64,000 nt of DNA, taken from NCBI GenBank assembly GCA_031261085.1, contig JAISKB010000015.1:62-64061 (forward strand), written 5' to 3'. A program made the translations under genes and the position numbers. The DNA is from Christensenellaceae bacterium (GTDB lineage Bacteria; Bacillota; Clostridia; Christensenellales; CAG-138). Under the pieces are notes generated by a model. It was not told where the DNA came from, ran no database searches, and saw only the letters and a program-made list of their open reading frames with translations. Every line of letters begins with the position of its first letter. Positions within the stretch are counted from its first letter, which is position 1. Of the stretch, positions 61,286 to 64,000 are shown piece after piece.

Positions 61286-61858
61286 CTATTCCTGCCGCAA
61301 GGGCGCCCTCACCGCAAACAGGCAAAGCAGGAGCGCGCCAAAGCAAACCGCCACCACCTGCGCGTTGAGCACGGCGCTGCCGCTTATATCCAGGGCCCCA
61401 TACCCCTTTGCCAACATATCCACGCACATGGTTATCGCCGCTTGCAGCAGCGGCGCGGCGGCGGCCACGCCCAACGCAAGGCAGGGCGTATCACACAGCA
61501 GCAGCGCGCCGCAGCCCGCCGCCAGCCCGCTCAGCAGCCCATTCTCCGCCCCATACAGCCCACCCAGGCGCGAAAGCGCAACGCCCAACGCGGCAAACAA
61601 CAGCAGCACGGCCCAGGCGCCAAAGCGGGCGCCCTCCTTAAGGGCGCGGCGGGCCGGGAACAGCGGCAAAAGCAGCGCGCCGAAGTTGATGCTGCATTCC
61701 GGTTTGAGCAAAACGGTAAAGCGCGAAAGCGCGAGTATGCTCACCGCAAAAAACGCCGCGTGCCAGCGGCGCATACCCAGCGCATCGCAAGCGGGCGCGC
61801 TCGCGCCGGTAACGGATAATAGAACGATGCACAGCAGCAGCAGGGTATATAACTGCAT
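61286..61858 (-). CDS. Hypothetical polytopic membrane protein
   Basis: About 190 aa with 5-6 predicted TM helices and Ala/Leu/Gly-rich composition. ATG 61858 follows AAGAAGG. No family recognised. Confidence 0.55.
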   Translation of the reverse strand: MQLYTLLLLCIVLLSVTGASAPACDALGMRRWHAAFFAVSILALSRFTVLLKPECSINFGALLLPLFPARRALKEGARFGAWAVLLLFAALGVALSRLGGLYGAENGLLSGLAAGCGALLLCDTPCLALGVAAAAPLLQAAITMCVDMLAKGYGALDISGSAVLNAQVVAVCFGALLLCLFAVRAPLRQE

Positions 61859-61941
61859 AATAAAACCTTCTTTTATGGGGATACAGCTAATATGCCCACA
61901 GTAAGAAGGTTCAACCACAGCAATATTTGGAACAGGTTTTG

Positions 61942-62784
61942 CTAAATTAACCTAATAAACGCCGCCATAGACCCCGTTTCGCCCCTATCCCGCCGATAGG
62001 AGTAAAACAATCGCGGGTTTTCGTAGGTGCATAAATCCATATGCGTGATATGCGCGGGAAGTATCCCGGCCTGCATAAACTGCAGCGCCGCGCACAGAGG
62101 TAAATCCACATGCGCCTTGCCCGGTTTGCCCGGCAGCTTTAGCTCCGGGCAATTATACACGCGCACAAACTCATCGGCCAGGGGTTCATCTACCTCGAAG
62201 CAGGGCCCGCAGATGCAGGGCCCCATCGCCGCCAGTATATCGGCGGGATCGGTGCCAAACTCCTCGGCCATGCGCAGAGCCATCACGCGGCCTATGCCCA
62301 TCAGCGTGCCCCGCCAGCCCGCATGCGCCATGCCTACCGCCCTGTGCACCGGGTCATAAAAGAAAAACGCCCCGCAATCGGCATGGGAGGTAACCAGCGT
62401 CACGCGCGGGTCACAGGTTATGATGCCATCGCAAGGCGGCAGCGGCGGCAGAGCAAACCCGCGTCCACGGTGCGAAGCATGTACCCGCAGCACGGTATCG
62501 CCATGCACATGGTTTACGATCACCATATCGTCGTACCGTATGCCCGCGCCCGCAGCAAAAATACGGTAGTTCTCCAAAACATCCTCGGCTATGCCCTGAT
62601 TGGACCAGTGCAGGTTGAGCCCGGCGCGCGGCGCCGGGCTTATGCCGCCTTCTTTGGTGGAAAAACCATGCGCCACACCGGGCGCGGCCATGAGCGACGG
62701 CGCTTGAATCAGCGCGGTACTCCCCTTTTTTTCGTATACAAAGCCGCGCAATATACCGGCGGCGGCCTGCGCTCCCGCACGCAT
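61942..62784 (-). CDS. pgeF: Peptidoglycan editing factor PgeF (YfiH/YlmD, DUF152 laccase-domain family)
   Basis: VAHGFSTKEGGIS, TSHADCGAFFFYDP, HAGWRGT, and CTYENPRLFYSYRRD. Confidence 0.9.
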   Translation of the reverse strand: MRAGAQAAAGILRGFVYEKKGSTALIQAPSLMAAPGVAHGFSTKEGGISPAPRAGLNLHWSNQGIAEDVLENYRIFAAGAGIRYDDMVIVNHVHGDTVLRVHASHRGRGFALPPLPPCDGIITCDPRVTLVTSHADCGAFFFYDPVHRAVGMAHAGWRGTLMGIGRVMALRMAEEFGTDPADILAAMGPCICGPCFEVDEPLADEFVRVYNCPELKLPGKPGKAHVDLPLCAALQFMQAGILPAHITHMDLCTYENPRLFYSYRRDRGETGSMAAFIRLI

Positions 62785-63239
62785 CAGCCTTCGCCCAGCA
62801 GCAGCTTCAATTCATCCATAAAGGTGTTGATATCCTTAAACTGGCGATACACCGAGGCAAAGCGCACATACGCCACCTCGTCCACCTGCTTGAGCCGGGT
62901 CATCACCAGCTCGCCAATGGTTTCGCTCTTTACTTCCTGCTCCAAAAAGTTGAACACATCCCGCGCCACATCCTCGACCAGCTGCTCTTGCCGCGCGGCG
63001 GATACGGGGCGCTTTTCGCAAGCCTTGCGCACACCCATAAGTATTTTATCGCTGTCGAACATCTCGCGGCTGCCATCTTTTTTTACCACCATGATGGGAA
63101 TCTCTTCAATTTTTTCATAGGTGGTAAAGCGTTTGCCGCAGGTAATACACTCGCGGCGGCGGCGGATGGAGGTACCATCTTCGGTAGGCCTGGAATCGAC
63201 AACCTTACTGTCGGTGCTAAGGCAATAGCGGCATTTCAT
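62784..63239 (-). CDS. nrdR: Transcriptional repressor NrdR
   Basis: Zinc ribbon [17 protein letters not shown]...[16 protein letters not shown] plus an ATP-cone. Confidence 0.95.
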   Translation of the reverse strand: MKCRYCLSTDSKVVDSRPTEDGTSIRRRRECITCGKRFTTYEKIEEIPIMVVKKDGSREMFDSDKILMGVRKACEKRPVSAARQEQLVEDVARDVFNFLEQEVKSETIGELVMTRLKQVDEVAYVRFASVYRQFKDINTFMDELKLLLGEG

Positions 63240-63371
63240 TGGGTAGGAACCTCCCTATGCGAAATGTGTGGTAAATCAAAAAAACATATTATACGAAATT
63301 ATACCACAACGGCTGCCGCTTTTCCACAGTTTGTTGCGCAAGGCGGATAAAAACACAACCCCTGCCCCGTG

Positions 63372-63614
63372 CTAAAGCACGACATCCACCAAAATGGTGT
63401 CCGCGCCAATTTTGGTTATGCGGTTAAAGGGAATCACCAGTTCCTCATCGCTGCACAACAGCCCAAACAGCCGGGGCGGCCCGGGCACGATAATATTCCG
63501 TACCTCCCCGCAGGCCGCATCTATCTCCATATCGCATATGTTCCCAAGCCTGGCGCCATCCCGCAGGTTGATTACCTCTTTGCGGCGCAGTTCGCAGAAT
63601 GACGTAAGCGACAT
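63372..63614 (-). CDS. ylmC: YlmC/YmxH family sporulation protein (PRC-barrel)
   Basis: MSLTSFCELRRKEVINLRDGARLGNICDMEID...GEVRNIIVPG. ATG 63614 follows GGGGGAGGG; the 100-codon upstream extension in the ORF track looks non-coding. Confidence 0.85.
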   Translation of the reverse strand: MSLTSFCELRRKEVINLRDGARLGNICDMEIDAACGEVRNIIVPGPPRLFGLLCSDEELVIPFNRITKIGADTILVDVVL

Positions 63615-63711
63615 ATAGCCCTCCCCCGTTCCTTTTATACGCCTATTCTTATGCCGCGATTCGGCAAAATATCGGTGCGCGGGGCGGTCTAACGGGCAAA
63701 GCCGCGGCAAA

Positions 63712-63735
63712 CAAAAAAATTCTCGTTCTTCGAGA
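63712..63735 (-). terminator. Weak terminator-like hairpin inside the ylmC upstream region
   Basis: The minus strand reads TCTCG-AAGAA-CGAGA-A-TTTTTTT, about 100 nt upstream of the ylmC ATG. Confidence 0.35.
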
Positions 63736-63920
63736 GCTGCTTTGGACGCGTGTTGAAAGGATATTTGCGGCGCAAGGCCCTGCCGCGCAAGGATGTGACG
63801 AGCGTATTGATTCGCTGTGGGAGTGACCAAATCGAGCGTAATATGATAGCATAAAGAAAAAAAATATGTGCCAATGCGGGAAAGGAAATAAAAGCAACAC
63901 ACTTTATTGGACATAGCGAA

Positions 63921-63942
63921 AGGGCCGCCAAATGGCGGCCCT
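63921..63942 (-). terminator. GC-rich hairpin terminator of the upstream (window-edge) minus-strand gene
   Basis: GGGCCGCC-ATTT-GGCGGCCC (8-bp GC stem) followed by TTTCGCT. It lies about 25 nt after a TAG stop (63968-63970) that ends a partial ORF running off the window. Confidence 0.6.
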
Positions 63943-64000
63943 CATTGCTGAGTCTGATTTGTTTACCCTATGCGTGGTTCTTCTTACGTCGACCGACACA

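Noticed and set aside
63615-63914. A 100-codon N-terminal extension making ylmC a 180-aa protein.
   Set aside because: YlmC/YmxH proteins are about 80-90 aa. The extension has no SD, has odd Cys/Phe/Arg-rich composition, and contains a terminator-like hairpin. ATG 63614 has a strong SD.

Overview
This 64-kb window appears to be conserved chromosomal backbone from a high-G+C, endospore-forming Firmicute (Clostridia-like). About 60 tightly packed genes lie mostly on the minus strand. There are two tRNA loci: a lone tRNA-Trp, and a 7-gene tRNA operon (Pro, Glu, CAT-anticodon, Asp, Thr, Tyr, Leu), all with encoded CCA. Gene content is mainly DNA repair and recombination, translation and RNA modification, cell envelope, and sporulation. 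Repair genes are rnhA, lexA, mutS, mutL, recA, cinA, recN, xseAB, ftsK and scpAB. Translation and RNA genes are miaA, hfq, miaB, rimO, rny, rluB, tlyA, nusB and an ispH-S1 fusion. Sporulation genes are spo0A, spoIVB, spoIIM, ytfJ, dacB-like, ylmC and spoIIIAA-AH. From memory of the Bacillus subtilis map, the block at 44.4-60.6 kb is colinear with its spo0A-spoIVB-recN-ahrC-tlyA-ispA-xseBA-nusB-asp23-spoIIIA region. Here accBC, folD and dxs are absent, and nadK, a TsaD-like paralogue, amaP and DUF2273 are present. I see no CRISPR array, transposase, prophage block, toxin-antitoxin pair or recognisable defence system. The only clearly accessory segment is a low-G+C islet of about 2 kb (15.2-17.2 kb) carrying an orphan ACR3 arsenite pump, an AhpD/CMD-like gene and a truncated TfoX_C remnant. 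The most interesting observations are modest and local:
- a small Cys-cluster protein divergent from lexA across a Cheo-box intergenic region;
- a DD-carboxypeptidase paralogue with all three catalytic motifs lost;
- a 58-aa mini-SpoIIIAF missing from the ORF track;
- a TsaD/Kae1 paralogue in the nusB-xseA slot;
- a possible terminator-bearing leader or small RNA upstream of ylmC;
- a 45-bp tandem duplication at the tlyA 3' end;
- a decarboxylase cluster without its pump subunit.
All functional calls come from motif and family recognition by eye. No database search was run.
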